Origin: an uncultured virus (IMG/VR IMGVR_UViG_3300029305_009261) | Lineage: Duplodnaviria; Heunggongvirae; Uroviricota; Caudoviricetes | DNA: 64,000 nucleotides | Reading direction: 5' to 3' (one strand) | Virus record (IMG/VR): IMGVR_UViG_3300029305_009261 | Shown: positions 1-8,813 of the stretch, one piece after another | Numbering within the stretch: position 1 is the first letter of the stretch | Layout of the letters: each line of letters opens with the position of its first letter | Made by a program: the position numbers and the translations under genes | Notes under the pieces: model-generated | Database searches by the model: none | What the model was told of the DNA's origin: nothing | The model's input: the letters and a program-made list of their open reading frames with translations, nothing else

Positions 1-527
1 GCAGTATCTAATTCATAGCTAAAACTAGTAAGAGATAATCCACATACAGGACAGCTACACATTGCTCCAAAACAATCACTTGGATTTTCATGATATGGAC
101 AAGGATTATAATTTAAAGCATTTGCTAATGGGTCTTCTGCAACAAGATAATCTTCACAATTGTGGTCAAGTAAATATCCTTTTTCTCCATCAAAACCTGC
201 AAACATTACGCCACAGTTGATACAACAACACATAGCATCATAACATTCTATCGGGTCTGTATGCCCATAGGCACAGAATTCAATTGGGTCTGGAATTGGT
301 GTAGCAGTAGGTATTGGAGTGCTCGTTGCTGTCGGCTCTACTGTTGGCTCAATAACTTCTTCTGGTACAGTTGTTGGATTAGTAGGAGCTTCTGTAATTA
401 AATCAACTGTAGAATTCGTGTCTGTATTCGGAAATGAGACAGGGGTATCTGCCCCCTTGCCTCCACAAGCAATCATAGAAGAAATAAGCATTGTGGAAAG
501 GATTGTTGTAATCAGTTTCTTTTTCAT
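1..527 (-). CDS. Lipoprotein with Pro/Thr linker and Cys-rich repeats (runs off window start)
   Basis: Hand-translated from ATG 527 (SD AAGGAG): MKKKLITTILSTMLISSMIAC lipobox, PT-rich linker, then CAYGHTDPIECYDAMCCCINCG and CPYHENPSDCFGAMCSCPVCG. Confidence 0.8.
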   Translation of the reverse strand, partial: MKKKLITTILSTMLISSMIACGGKGADTPVSFPNTDTNSTVDLITEAPTNPTTVPEEVIEPTVEPTATSTPIPTATPIPDPIEFCAYGHTDPIECYDAMCCCINCGVMFAGFDGEKGYLLDHNCEDYLVAEDPLANALNYNPCPYHENPSDCFGAMCSCPVCGLSLTSFSYELDT

Positions 528-638
528 AAGTTTTCTCCTTTTGTAGTAATTATTTAAGTTAAAACGACTACTTCATAAAAACAATAGTTTTTATTATTTT
601 CTCTTTTATTTTGCCTATGCAAAGTCATTAGTTACTGG

Positions 639-719
639 TTATCCACATTCTGGATAAAATGGAGAACCTCTGACAAAATCAAACATCTTATTACATTGTT
701 TACAATTTCGTATATCCAT
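639..719 (-). pseudogene. Truncated Zn-ribbon peptide resembling the N-terminus of flagellar-operon protein YvyF
   Basis: MDIRNCKQCNKMFDFVRGSPFYPECG* with SD AAGGAG; 26 aa only. Confidence 0.45.
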
Positions 720-733
720 ATGGAAATCTCCTT

Positions 734-1147
734 TTATCTTTGGATTTTGTTTATATTTTCAGAATAAATATCATTTAAAATATCTTGATAATATCCAGAG
801 TCTCCAGCTTTCCAACGTAGTTCTGCTTCTTTTATAAGCGCTAAATTCTCTTCCGTTGGGTAGCCGATAATTTCTCCGGCTAAAAAACCTCTACAATAAT
901 CATCATAGCCATGGTCTATAACAGGGATTGTGGTATCACAAAGATTATCAATAATATCATCTGCGATATCCTGAAATGCAAAAGAAATGTCTAAATCATT
1001 TTCTTCTGCATAATCAATCATGACTTTTGCAAAAGTTGCACAATCTTCGGGACCTGTCCAATCTTCTACACGAATATCTTCATTTTCATTTATGGCTTTA
1101 TAAAAATAATAGCCAAGTTCCATTGCTTGTCTAAATATTGTAGTCAT
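734..1147 (-). CDS. Hypothetical protein (tail KIQR)
   Basis: 137 aa ORF, SD AGGAG. Confidence 0.7.
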   Translation of the reverse strand: MTTIFRQAMELGYYFYKAINENEDIRVEDWTGPEDCATFAKVMIDYAEENDLDISFAFQDIADDIIDNLCDTTIPVIDHGYDDYCRGFLAGEIIGYPTEENLALIKEAELRWKAGDSGYYQDILNDIYSENINKIQR

Positions 1148-1212
1148 AAGAATTCTCCTTATTTGTATAGTAATGTATTAGAATGACTTAGTTCTCTTCC
1201 ATTATCAAGCAG

Positions 1213-2001
1213 CTATTTCATAGTTGCTGACAGCACAGGGCTGTCCCAAAGAAGAATATTCTGATATAAACATTCATGTTTTTCATCCACAGAACAATTA
1301 AAATGATAATGCCCAAAATACCAGTGTTGATAATCAGTAACTAACTTAACATAGTTAAAATAATCAGTTAAAGTGTCATAATCTCCATATGGTAATAATT
1401 TGCTCTGTACATTACTCGGACAACAATGAGAAATGATTAAATCTACTTTGTAATCATGTTCCGCAAGTTTATCTAAGCCATATTCCATTTCTTCTTCGGT
1501 AGGCAGTTCTTCTTCCCACCAAGACAAACCTTTTATCCGGTACAGATATTTGCCACGAGAGTCTAAAAATTTTGCTTTTTCTTTCCATTTTGGGTCTTCA
1601 CTATCTAAAATGCCGTCACTAATGTCATGACTTCTGGCTCCGCCAAAGGTAAAGACTTTTAACCCATCTAATTCATAGATTTCTCCACGTTTTAAATGGT
1701 AAATCGAATCTCTAACCTTTCCGGCAAGTCCACCATGAAATTCTACGACAGGAAGATTAGCAAGGCGTTGAAAACTTTCATGATTTCCATCCACAAAAAG
1801 AGTTGTAAACGGTCTGTCATTTAACCAATCTAACCAGAATTTTTCTTCTTTCGTTTCTTCCGGAGCCCAAAGACCTCCAAAATCTCCACAAATAATCACA
1901 TAATCTTCTTTTGTTAAATTTTTCTGTTCTGGGAAAGAATCCATAGTAAATTTATGAAAATCAGAATGGCAATCGCCTGTTACATAAATCATTAAAATCA
2001 C
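1213..2001 (-). CDS. Calcineurin-like metallophosphoesterase
   Basis: GDCH, GDFG, DGNHE, SH and FGHYH motifs. Confidence 0.9.
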   Translation of the reverse strand: MILMIYVTGDCHSDFHKFTMDSFPEQKNLTKEDYVIICGDFGGLWAPEETKEEKFWLDWLNDRPFTTLFVDGNHESFQRLANLPVVEFHGGLAGKVRDSIYHLKRGEIYELDGLKVFTFGGARSHDISDGILDSEDPKWKEKAKFLDSRGKYLYRIKGLSWWEEELPTEEEMEYGLDKLAEHDYKVDLIISHCCPSNVQSKLLPYGDYDTLTDYFNYVKLVTDYQHWYFGHYHFNCSVDEKHECLYQNILLWDSPVLSATMK

Positions 2002-2025
2002 TCATTTCTTTAAAAAAGTAGTTAT

Positions 2026-2059
2026 TTATTAGCTAAATTTTGGTTTAAGATTACGGAAA
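2026..2059 (-). promoter_or_regulatory. Element-specific promoter-like motif, copy 1
   Basis: ttattagctaaattttggtttaagattacggaaa; one of 12 intergenic copies. Confidence 0.75.
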
Positions 2060-2063
2060 AAAG

Positions 2064-2096
2064 AAATAGACCCATCAGAGAATGATGAGTCTATTT
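2064..2096 (-). terminator. Intrinsic terminator
   Basis: aaatagac...gtctattt stem; the A-run on its left is a U-tract on minus. Confidence 0.65.
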
Positions 2097-2129
2097 TAGG
2101 TTTAAAAAAAAATATTAAGATTCGTTAAA

Positions 2130-2699
2130 CTAAACAACATTTCGAATATCTACTTCCACAATATTGTGTCTTATGAATTCTGGAATAGATTCTTGATAAG
2201 ATTTTATTTTCATTCGGTCAGATTTTTCAACGGCACAAATACTTAATATACCAGATGGATATATAACTTCCGAGAGTTTTGCAGTTCGTAGTTTGTTGTA
2301 TTTTGAGCAGAGAGCAATATTATGAATACGGCTTAAATAGTCAACCATGGCAAGGAGGTATAAGCTTTCTGGGAACCATTCTCGTTTTTCGTAAAGAGAT
2401 ATTTCATCTTTTGATAATAATTGTATTAAAAATGGCAAATCACCTAGTTCTTTTAAACGATGACAGGTTTGACTTTTAAATAATTCAAACGAGCAACGAG
2501 GCTCACAAGAAGAGTCTAATAGTTCTTCCATTGGTACTTGTAACGCTTTTGCAATACGATAAATAGTTTCTGTATCGCATTTTTCAATAGCAAGTGTATT
2601 ACTGCATATGTCAGAGATAATAGACTTTGAGACATTAGATAATTGAGCTAAACGATATTGGTTCATTTTCTTTTGCTTTAATATTGATTTTAAAGTCAT
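2130..2699 (-). CDS. XRE-family HTH transcriptional regulator with C-terminal domain
   Basis: N-terminal MNQYRLAQLSNVSKSIISDI...IAKALQVPMEEL HTH. Confidence 0.8.
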   Translation of the reverse strand: MTLKSILKQKKMNQYRLAQLSNVSKSIISDICSNTLAIEKCDTETIYRIAKALQVPMEELLDSSCEPRCSFELFKSQTCHRLKELGDLPFLIQLLSKDEISLYEKREWFPESLYLLAMVDYLSRIHNIALCSKYNKLRTAKLSEVIYPSGILSICAVEKSDRMKIKSYQESIPEFIRHNIVEVDIRNVV

Positions 2700-2799
2700 A
2701 AATATTATCTCCTATAAAGTTAATGTTATTCTCAATTACAATATAAAATACTCTAACAAAAATGGCAACATATTTTCGGTCAACAGTTCGAACTATTAC

Positions 2800-2833
2800 T
2801 TATTAGTTATCATTTGGTTTAAGATTTCGGAAA
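2800..2833 (-). promoter_or_regulatory. Promoter-like motif, copy 2
   Basis: ttattagttatcatttggtttaagatttcggaaa. Confidence 0.7.
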
Positions 2834-3232
2834 TATAAATGATTTTTATTTAAAAAAAGGGGGAAAATACTTGTTTCGATTACATAAAAAGTAGAAAGAT
2901 AAAAAACAGAAAATTGGTCAAATAAAAATGAAAACTCCTATCAATAATTAGAAAATACTTTTCAAAAACTCCGGAAATTTTGGTATTTACTGTCCTTATA
3001 TAAGTGGGGAAGATATTTTTTTTTAAAAATTTTCCGTTCAAAATGAAATTTGTTGACCAAAGGATAGTAGAAAGTTTAAAAAAGTTTATTCGTTCAAATT
3101 TCAATAAGTTGTAAATAGAAAAATGAAAGGATAAAACCACATAAAAACGAGATATTTCGGGCATTTCTCAAAAAAGTGTCCAAATATATAGAGAAACTAT
3201 TATAATTTTTACAGGGATTATTTCCCAGAAAG

Positions 3233-3772
3233 GTGGTCATTATGACAAAGAACATTCGAATACCAGAAGTTATTATTGGAGCAAAAAAGAATAGTATTAA
3301 CCTTAAGGTGGAAAAAATTATTGATTTTTTTACACCATTAAAATCAGAAAAAGCTGCACAGATAATCTGGAAAGTAAAAAATTCACAAGATTCTGTAAAA
3401 TATTTAGATGGAAGCTCTATCAGAAATCTTATTTATCTTTCTCAAGAAAACGATGCTTTAAATGATTATGATTTCTCTTTTTATGCAGAACTTGTAGACC
3501 AAAGCGAATTAAAAGAATTTCAGAAACTGGTTTTAATTGACCTTGCATTAGCTTATGATAATGCAAAAGAATTGGCTGGTAGAAATTATATGAAAGATTC
3601 TATTCCTTCTAAAATCGCTTATGAGTATGCAGAAGAGGTTATGAGCTCTATTCAGAAGATGATGAAAATTTTAGGAAAACATATGCCGGATGAAAGCTTT
3701 TGTGAAAAGTTTCTTCCAAAGGTTTGTGGATTAAATGGAACACTGATTACTTTCGCTGAAGTAGGATTATAA
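3233..3772 (+). CDS. Hypothetical protein (only plus-strand gene)
   Basis: 179 aa ORF, SD AAGGTGG before ATG 3242, followed by a terminator. Confidence 0.7.
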   Translation: MVIMTKNIRIPEVIIGAKKNSINLKVEKIIDFFTPLKSEKAAQIIWKVKNSQDSVKYLDGSSIRNLIYLSQENDALNDYDFSFYAELVDQSELKEFQKLVLIDLALAYDNAKELAGRNYMKDSIPSKIAYEYAEEVMSSIQKMMKILGKHMPDESFCEKFLPKVCGLNGTLITFAEVGL

Positions 3773-3778
3773 GAAATT

Positions 3779-3811
3779 AGAGGAGAACCTTTTAGGGCTC
3801 TCCTCTTTTTT
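3779..3811 (+). terminator. Terminator between convergent genes
   Basis: agaggaga...tctcctct stem plus T-run. Confidence 0.75.
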
Positions 3812-3816
3812 GTAGA

Positions 3817-5343
3817 CTATGTTAATAAATGGATAGCAACACCATGATTGACAATAGCACAGGTCTTCATGGCCTCATTTAGTGTTGGATAAACATAAAT
3901 CTGACCATCTTCCGCCTGATAATAAGAAGCTGTGCTATAATTCCATAAGGCATATAAACCTTTCTGACATAAACGATTTGGTGTAGGAACTACCTGATAC
4001 TTATCTCCTACAATCGCTTCGAAACCTTCTTTTTCTTCGAAAGCCTTTTTTCTTAAATCTTCATAAAGACTATCAAAGTAAGCCTGCTGTTCTGCAGTAA
4101 GAGGATACTCTGCTTCATCATCCTCTGAAGTATCCGTAGTAGCGAAGTGCTGAATGAATGCAAGACTTTCTCTTTTTAAGTCACCAATATATGCTTCACC
4201 TTCATAATCAGTACCGTCCGGATATACTCCAAAGAATTTTGCAAACTCTAAAGAATTTAACTCAAGACGGTCTAAAAAGATAATGGCAATAGCACTCTCT
4301 ATAATCATTCTGAGTTCGTTTGAAATAATTTCTGTTGGAGCTTCCAATTCAATTAAACGACAGTATCGGTCTATTCTACTCATCATACGATGGAATGCAT
4401 AAGTAGATAGCAATAAAGAACTAAGGTCTTCATAACGATTTTCTGTCAATAAATTGTTGCGGATTTCGTAAAAACTTGTATTATGAACTACATATTCGTA
4501 ATACATGAAGTAAATCTGATAACTTTCTCTGCAACACCAAGTTTTTTTGTCGTCGGTGAAATAAGTATCGGTGTAAGACAAAATCGTATCTTTAAAACAG
4601 CCTTCACGAACAGCATTCTGTAATTTGTCTTTCACTGCTGCTTTGTTGCCTTCTCCTTTTGCTGTATCTGTAAATACACTAAGGAGGTCGTGTATCATTG
4701 CAATCGTTTTTGCAAGGTCATACGTAGAAAGCTTATGTGGTCCAAAAGGTTCCATGAATGGAGCAAAGACTTTAGAAACCATGGTTTTTGTACTGATAGG
4801 AAGCTTTTTTTCTAACATGTCAGAATAAATGAAAGATAACATCTCATCATTTTCAATTTTATCAGTTAAAGCTTCTATACGCTCTTCTTCTAACTTTGCC
4901 TTAAGTAAATCATTCTTTGCATCTCTTAATCTATCAGCCTCTTCTTCAGAAAGAAATCCTGCTGGTGGTAAAGGCTCCTCTGTAAAATAAAGAGCTTCCG
5001 GGTTATAATAGGTGATGGTCTCTTCGCAATCAAAAAAGAACTCGTCATTTGCTAAGTCTTGTTTGTCTTCCATTGTCATTCTGTCTATAGTATAAAAACC
5101 TGCTTCAGGAATGATATATTCTTTTTTACTTCCGAAAATAGCTCTTAATAAACGTTCTTCATCAGAAATATTAGGGTCATGTACTAAGGTTTTTTCAATT
5201 GGGACAATATCACCTTGATTATACCAAGTTGCAAATTGCTGATGAGCTTCATCTTTGAAAATTGTGGCAATCAAATAACGTCTACCACTTTCAGGTCTGG
5301 TATTTTCAGATACTTTATTCCAGTTCACAAATGATTTTCTCAT
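3817..5343 (-). CDS. Hypothetical protein
   Basis: 508 aa ORF, SD AAGGAG. Confidence 0.8.
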   Translation of the reverse strand: MRKSFVNWNKVSENTRPESGRRYLIATIFKDEAHQQFATWYNQGDIVPIEKTLVHDPNISDEERLLRAIFGSKKEYIIPEAGFYTIDRMTMEDKQDLANDEFFFDCEETITYYNPEALYFTEEPLPPAGFLSEEEADRLRDAKNDLLKAKLEEERIEALTDKIENDEMLSFIYSDMLEKKLPISTKTMVSKVFAPFMEPFGPHKLSTYDLAKTIAMIHDLLSVFTDTAKGEGNKAAVKDKLQNAVREGCFKDTILSYTDTYFTDDKKTWCCRESYQIYFMYYEYVVHNTSFYEIRNNLLTENRYEDLSSLLLSTYAFHRMMSRIDRYCRLIELEAPTEIISNELRMIIESAIAIIFLDRLELNSLEFAKFFGVYPDGTDYEGEAYIGDLKRESLAFIQHFATTDTSEDDEAEYPLTAEQQAYFDSLYEDLRKKAFEEKEGFEAIVGDKYQVVPTPNRLCQKGLYALWNYSTASYYQAEDGQIYVYPTLNEAMKTCAIVNHGVAIHLLT

Positions 5344-5359
5344 ATGTTATTCTCCTTTC

Positions 5360-5851
5360 TTATTTCAAGAGCTTTGTCATTACGTATTCATCTAACAATT
5401 TCTTTGGAACTTTTTCTATTAACTCTTCAACCGTAGTAATTTCTTTGGAGTTACAGTTTGTTTTTTTCGGAGTCTTTTTGTCTTCTAAGAAGCGTAATGC
5501 AGCTTCCTGAAACAATTTAGAAGCATCAACATCATAGTATCGAAGTTGCATATCCATCCACGCAGGCATGGAAATATTTTTTCGAACAGCTTCTGTATTG
5601 TTTTCTTTTATTTTTTTTGTTAAATCTACGGAAATCAATACAGTAGGTTCGTCCTCTGTGTTCGTGGTTAAGTCAGAAGTCGGAATCGGTAATTTATTTA
5701 TCATTAGAACCATACTTTCCATTTCAATTTTTGCAATCATTGCGTTGATTGCATCTTCTAACTGTTCCGCATCAATAATAAAGTTAAAATCAGGTTGTGT
5801 AACTGTATAGCCAAAGTCAGTAGAACGAACATATACTTTATAAACAGCCAT
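5360..5851 (-). CDS. hicB: HicB-family antitoxin (orphan)
   Basis: YTVTQPDF...LEDAINAM...PIPT, then RHH-like VRKNISMPAWMD...SKLFQEAAL; SD AAGGAG before ATG 5851. Confidence 0.75.
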   Translation of the reverse strand: MAVYKVYVRSTDFGYTVTQPDFNFIIDAEQLEDAINAMIAKIEMESMVLMINKLPIPTSDLTTNTEDEPTVLISVDLTKKIKENNTEAVRKNISMPAWMDMQLRYYDVDASKLFQEAALRFLEDKKTPKKTNCNSKEITTVEELIEKVPKKLLDEYVMTKLLK

Positions 5852-5935
5852 AATTAAATCTCCTTTCTGCAATAATTGTGGATTATTTTATCATTTCTCT
5901 TCATTTAATACACAATTATTGTTCTATCTAAATAT

Positions 5936-5964
5936 ATTATATACACACTTTTTGTGTTTGTCAA
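5936..5964 (-). promoter_or_regulatory. Consensus sigma-A promoter with internal inverted repeat
   Basis: TTGACA-17 nt-TATAAT on minus; spacer holds ACACA...TGTGT. Confidence 0.85.
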
Positions 5965-5983
5965 TGGGTTTTTAAGAAAAAAT

Positions 5984-6017
5984 AAAAAGCTACCCATCTT
6001 TCCGATAGGTAGCTCTT
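5984..6017 (-). terminator. Intrinsic terminator
   Basis: agctacc...ggtagct stem flanked by A/T runs. Confidence 0.7.
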
Positions 6018-6021
6018 TCTT

Positions 6022-6846
6022 TTAACAAATTTGAATTACATTATCGTAAGTAATTTCGCCTAACGCTTCCAGCTTGTTACATACTTTTAAGACATTGGTT
6101 AAAATATTGGTCAATTCACTTTCATTGACATACCAATAGCTATCCATAATGTTGGCTTTTACATTATCTGAAATATTTTTAGAAAAATGTTCTTTTACAC
6201 TTGGTTTACAAAAGATAAGTAAAGTGGCAATCTCTGTATAATCTACATCTCTTAAAATACGTTGAATGTCTTTATCAGAATATTTTTTTGTTTTTTCTTC
6301 AAACAGACATAAAAATGGATTGTCGGTTTCCTGTTGTTCTAAAGCGTTCCATTTTTCTACTAAATGTTTTCTATAAGATTCGGAAAACTGACGTTGCTCT
6401 TGTCTTACCATTTTTTTAATTTCCGGAGAAACAGAATAAGGCATCGATGCATAGATTTGCTCTTCAATTAAGAATGGATTCATTCCTAACTGAATCATTA
6501 AACAGCCTTTTGCAATTAAATAACATAAGTAACAATCCAAAGAACCTGTGTCCATAATGGCAAGTTTTGTTGACACAAGGTCTTGTACAAGTTCTGGGTC
6601 AGTACCATCTACAATGTATAAAATAGCATCTTTTAAAAAAATAATCTCAGTGCTTGTACCTATTTGATTGTTGGCAAATTCTTCTAATTCAAGTAATCCT
6701 TCTTTTCGGGCAGTACAACTTGCCTCTAAAACTAGGTTTACGGTTTTGAAAATTTTAGCACAAAGTTCTTTTAAATGTGCCTCATTTCCTAAAAATAAAT
6801 TTCGAGATTGCTTCAAAATTTCATATTCCAATTCTTTTAAAAACAC
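6022..6846 (-). CDS. MotA-cytoplasmic-like domain fused to FliG C-terminal-like domain
   Basis: ARKEGLLELEE...FLKDAILYIVDGTDPELV (MotA-like); SDKDIQRILRDVD...FSKNIS (FliG-C-like); GTG start with SD AAGGAGG. Confidence 0.65.
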   Translation of the reverse strand: MFLKELEYEILKQSRNLFLGNEAHLKELCAKIFKTVNLVLEASCTARKEGLLELEEFANNQIGTSTEIIFLKDAILYIVDGTDPELVQDLVSTKLAIMDTGSLDCYLCYLIAKGCLMIQLGMNPFLIEEQIYASMPYSVSPEIKKMVRQEQRQFSESYRKHLVEKWNALEQQETDNPFLCLFEEKTKKYSDKDIQRILRDVDYTEIATLLIFCKPSVKEHFSKNISDNVKANIMDSYWYVNESELTNILTNVLKVCNKLEALGEITYDNVIQIC

Positions 6847-6941
6847 TTTCTACCTCCTTGATGGATATGTTTATTGTAGTAATATGTAAACTTTACATGA
6901 AAATTCTTAACGGAAAATTTGAAATAAATTCCTTTCTATTT

Positions 6942-7379
6942 TCATCTGAATAAACCAGAATTACAACAGGCTGTCTGGTCTTCTTTTAGGCCAATGGCTC
7001 TTTCTGCATGAGAAAGCATCCCATCATAAGCTTCTATCAATTTAGATAATCTATTTTTGTCTAAACAAAGTTTGAGTATATATCTGGAACAAGCTGTTTT
7101 AGGAATTTGAAATAAGACTTCTTCGCCTTTGGGAGCATGTTCTTTCAAATATTGGAAAAAAGAAGATATTTTATATAGTCTGGTCATATCATCTTGTAAG
7201 TCTTCATTGATAGATTGTAAAAAACTATCTTGGGCATTCTCTGTTTTTTGAAAAAAATGTAAAACTGATTCAAAACGGTGAATCATAGCAGCAACATCTT
7301 TTGTGTATTGTTGCATATTTTTATAAAGGACTTTTGAGACTGGATACGAAAGCTCATAGTAAGAACTGAATAATGCCAT
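6942..7379 (-). CDS. Hypothetical protein (tail SGLFR)
   Basis: 145 aa ORF, SD AGGAGG. Confidence 0.7.
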   Translation of the reverse strand: MALFSSYYELSYPVSKVLYKNMQQYTKDVAAMIHRFESVLHFFQKTENAQDSFLQSINEDLQDDMTRLYKISSFFQYLKEHAPKGEEVLFQIPKTACSRYILKLCLDKNRLSKLIEAYDGMLSHAERAIGLKEDQTACCNSGLFR

Positions 7380-7391
7380 AATTGGCCTCCT

Positions 7392-8189
7392 TTATTTGGT
7401 AATGGCTGAATTTTTAGAATTTTCTTTTTCTTGAGAAGATAAATCAATTATTTTATTCTTTTCTCCATATAAATAATAGACTTCGTCGGTTTCTATACAA
7501 TAAGCAGCTAAATCTCCATCCTGACGTTGTCTCCAAAAAAGGCCACAATCTAAATTGATATTTCCCTTTCTTTTAATGACTAATGGCTCTATCTCTGGAT
7601 TACAATCATAATAATAATCACACATGGTTGGAGTATGTCCGTGAATTACTGTAAAGTTTCCTTCTTCTACTGTGCCGTAAACACTATAGTGACGGTCCCA
7701 TACAGAATCGAAAATGTTGACTTCTTCATCGTAACCTCCAAATTCTCTGTTATTTTCTCCTGTAATCCAAGAGTGAGTAATAAAATAATCATGACCGTCC
7801 ATAGTGAGCTTATGAAAAATTGGTAGCGTCTGTAAGAACCGATAGATTTCCATATTGGTTAAATCTTGTTCATAACATTGTGGAAAAAATCCATATCGGT
7901 CATTGAGTTTTATTTCATCTGCAGGTTTGGTAAGTGGTCTAGAAAAACGTTCTTGCAAGTCTGCTAAATGTTCTAATTCGTGATTGCCCATTACCATGCG
8001 GAATTGTCCATCTGGGGAAATGTTTTGAAAACACCATCGTAGTAAATCTGCTTGTTCTTTTGCAGTAGGTGCTCTATCACAAACATCTCCTACAAAATAT
8101 ACAACGTCATCTTTTTGTAAATTTAATTTTTCTAAAAAGTCCATTAAACAGGTATAATGTCCATGGACGTCTCCAATTACATAATGCAT
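7392..8189 (-). CDS. PPP-family Ser/Thr protein phosphatase-like metallophosphoesterase
   Basis: GDVHG, GDVCDR, GNHE, HGHTP and NLDCG motifs. Confidence 0.88.
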   Translation of the reverse strand: MHYVIGDVHGHYTCLMDFLEKLNLQKDDVVYFVGDVCDRAPTAKEQADLLRWCFQNISPDGQFRMVMGNHELEHLADLQERFSRPLTKPADEIKLNDRYGFFPQCYEQDLTNMEIYRFLQTLPIFHKLTMDGHDYFITHSWITGENNREFGGYDEEVNIFDSVWDRHYSVYGTVEEGNFTVIHGHTPTMCDYYYDCNPEIEPLVIKRKGNINLDCGLFWRQRQDGDLAAYCIETDEVYYLYGEKNKIIDLSSQEKENSKNSAITK

Positions 8190-8231
8190 AATTTAACTCC
8201 TTGTTTATAAATGCCAACGGGAAGTATCTTT

Positions 8232-8711
8232 TTATCGATAAATGGAAAGTGTTTGTTCTTCCTGTTGATACCTTTCTTCTGCTTGCTGAATATATGTTTG
8301 TTTTATTCGTTGGTCTTCCTCATGAATTGGGATAATAATTGCTTTGCTCCAATCGTTAAGAACATCGATAATATGTTCCGGAAGTTTATGATACGTTTGG
8401 ACTTCTTTACAAATATATCCTTGAATATTCTCAAAACGTGAATAATAATAACTGTCTAATTTACAAAGATAGGTTTCTGTATCAATTCCGTCCACAAAAA
8501 TAGATAAACTAACGAAATAATCATGATGATATTGAGACTCTTGATGGATATAAGCTCTTCCTTTTATTAGAATGTGGTCATTTACAAGAACTTCTTTTAT
8601 AAATGATTGATTCTCTTTATAAAACGAAGTCTTATCTTCTTTTGGTAGAGATAACAAAAATGCATTTGCTAACATATAGGTATTTACTTTTTTCGAAGAT
8701 AAATAAGTCAT
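8232..8711 (-). CDS. Hypothetical protein (tail LSIYR)
   Basis: 159 aa ORF. Confidence 0.7.
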   Translation of the reverse strand: MTYLSSKKVNTYMLANAFLLSLPKEDKTSFYKENQSFIKEVLVNDHILIKGRAYIHQESQYHHDYFVSLSIFVDGIDTETYLCKLDSYYYSRFENIQGYICKEVQTYHKLPEHIIDVLNDWSKAIIIPIHEEDQRIKQTYIQQAEERYQQEEQTLSIYR

Positions 8712-8813
8712 ATCAAAGTCCTTTTTGTTGAAAATTCTGGGGCAACAGGTGTAAACTAAAAAAAATAGATAATGGATAAGATTTTAATATCATAGTTTAT
8801 TATGACGTTAATT

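Noticed and set aside
639..659. DnaA box TTATCCACA inside a small palindrome
   Set aside because: It is a single box within a small ORF, with no cluster or iterons to support an origin.
2880..3164. ORF beginning MPEISRFY, like DUF4160 toxins
   Set aside because: Similarity stops after 8 residues, there is no SD, and the rest is AT-rich low-complexity sequence in a divergent promoter region. At most a remnant.
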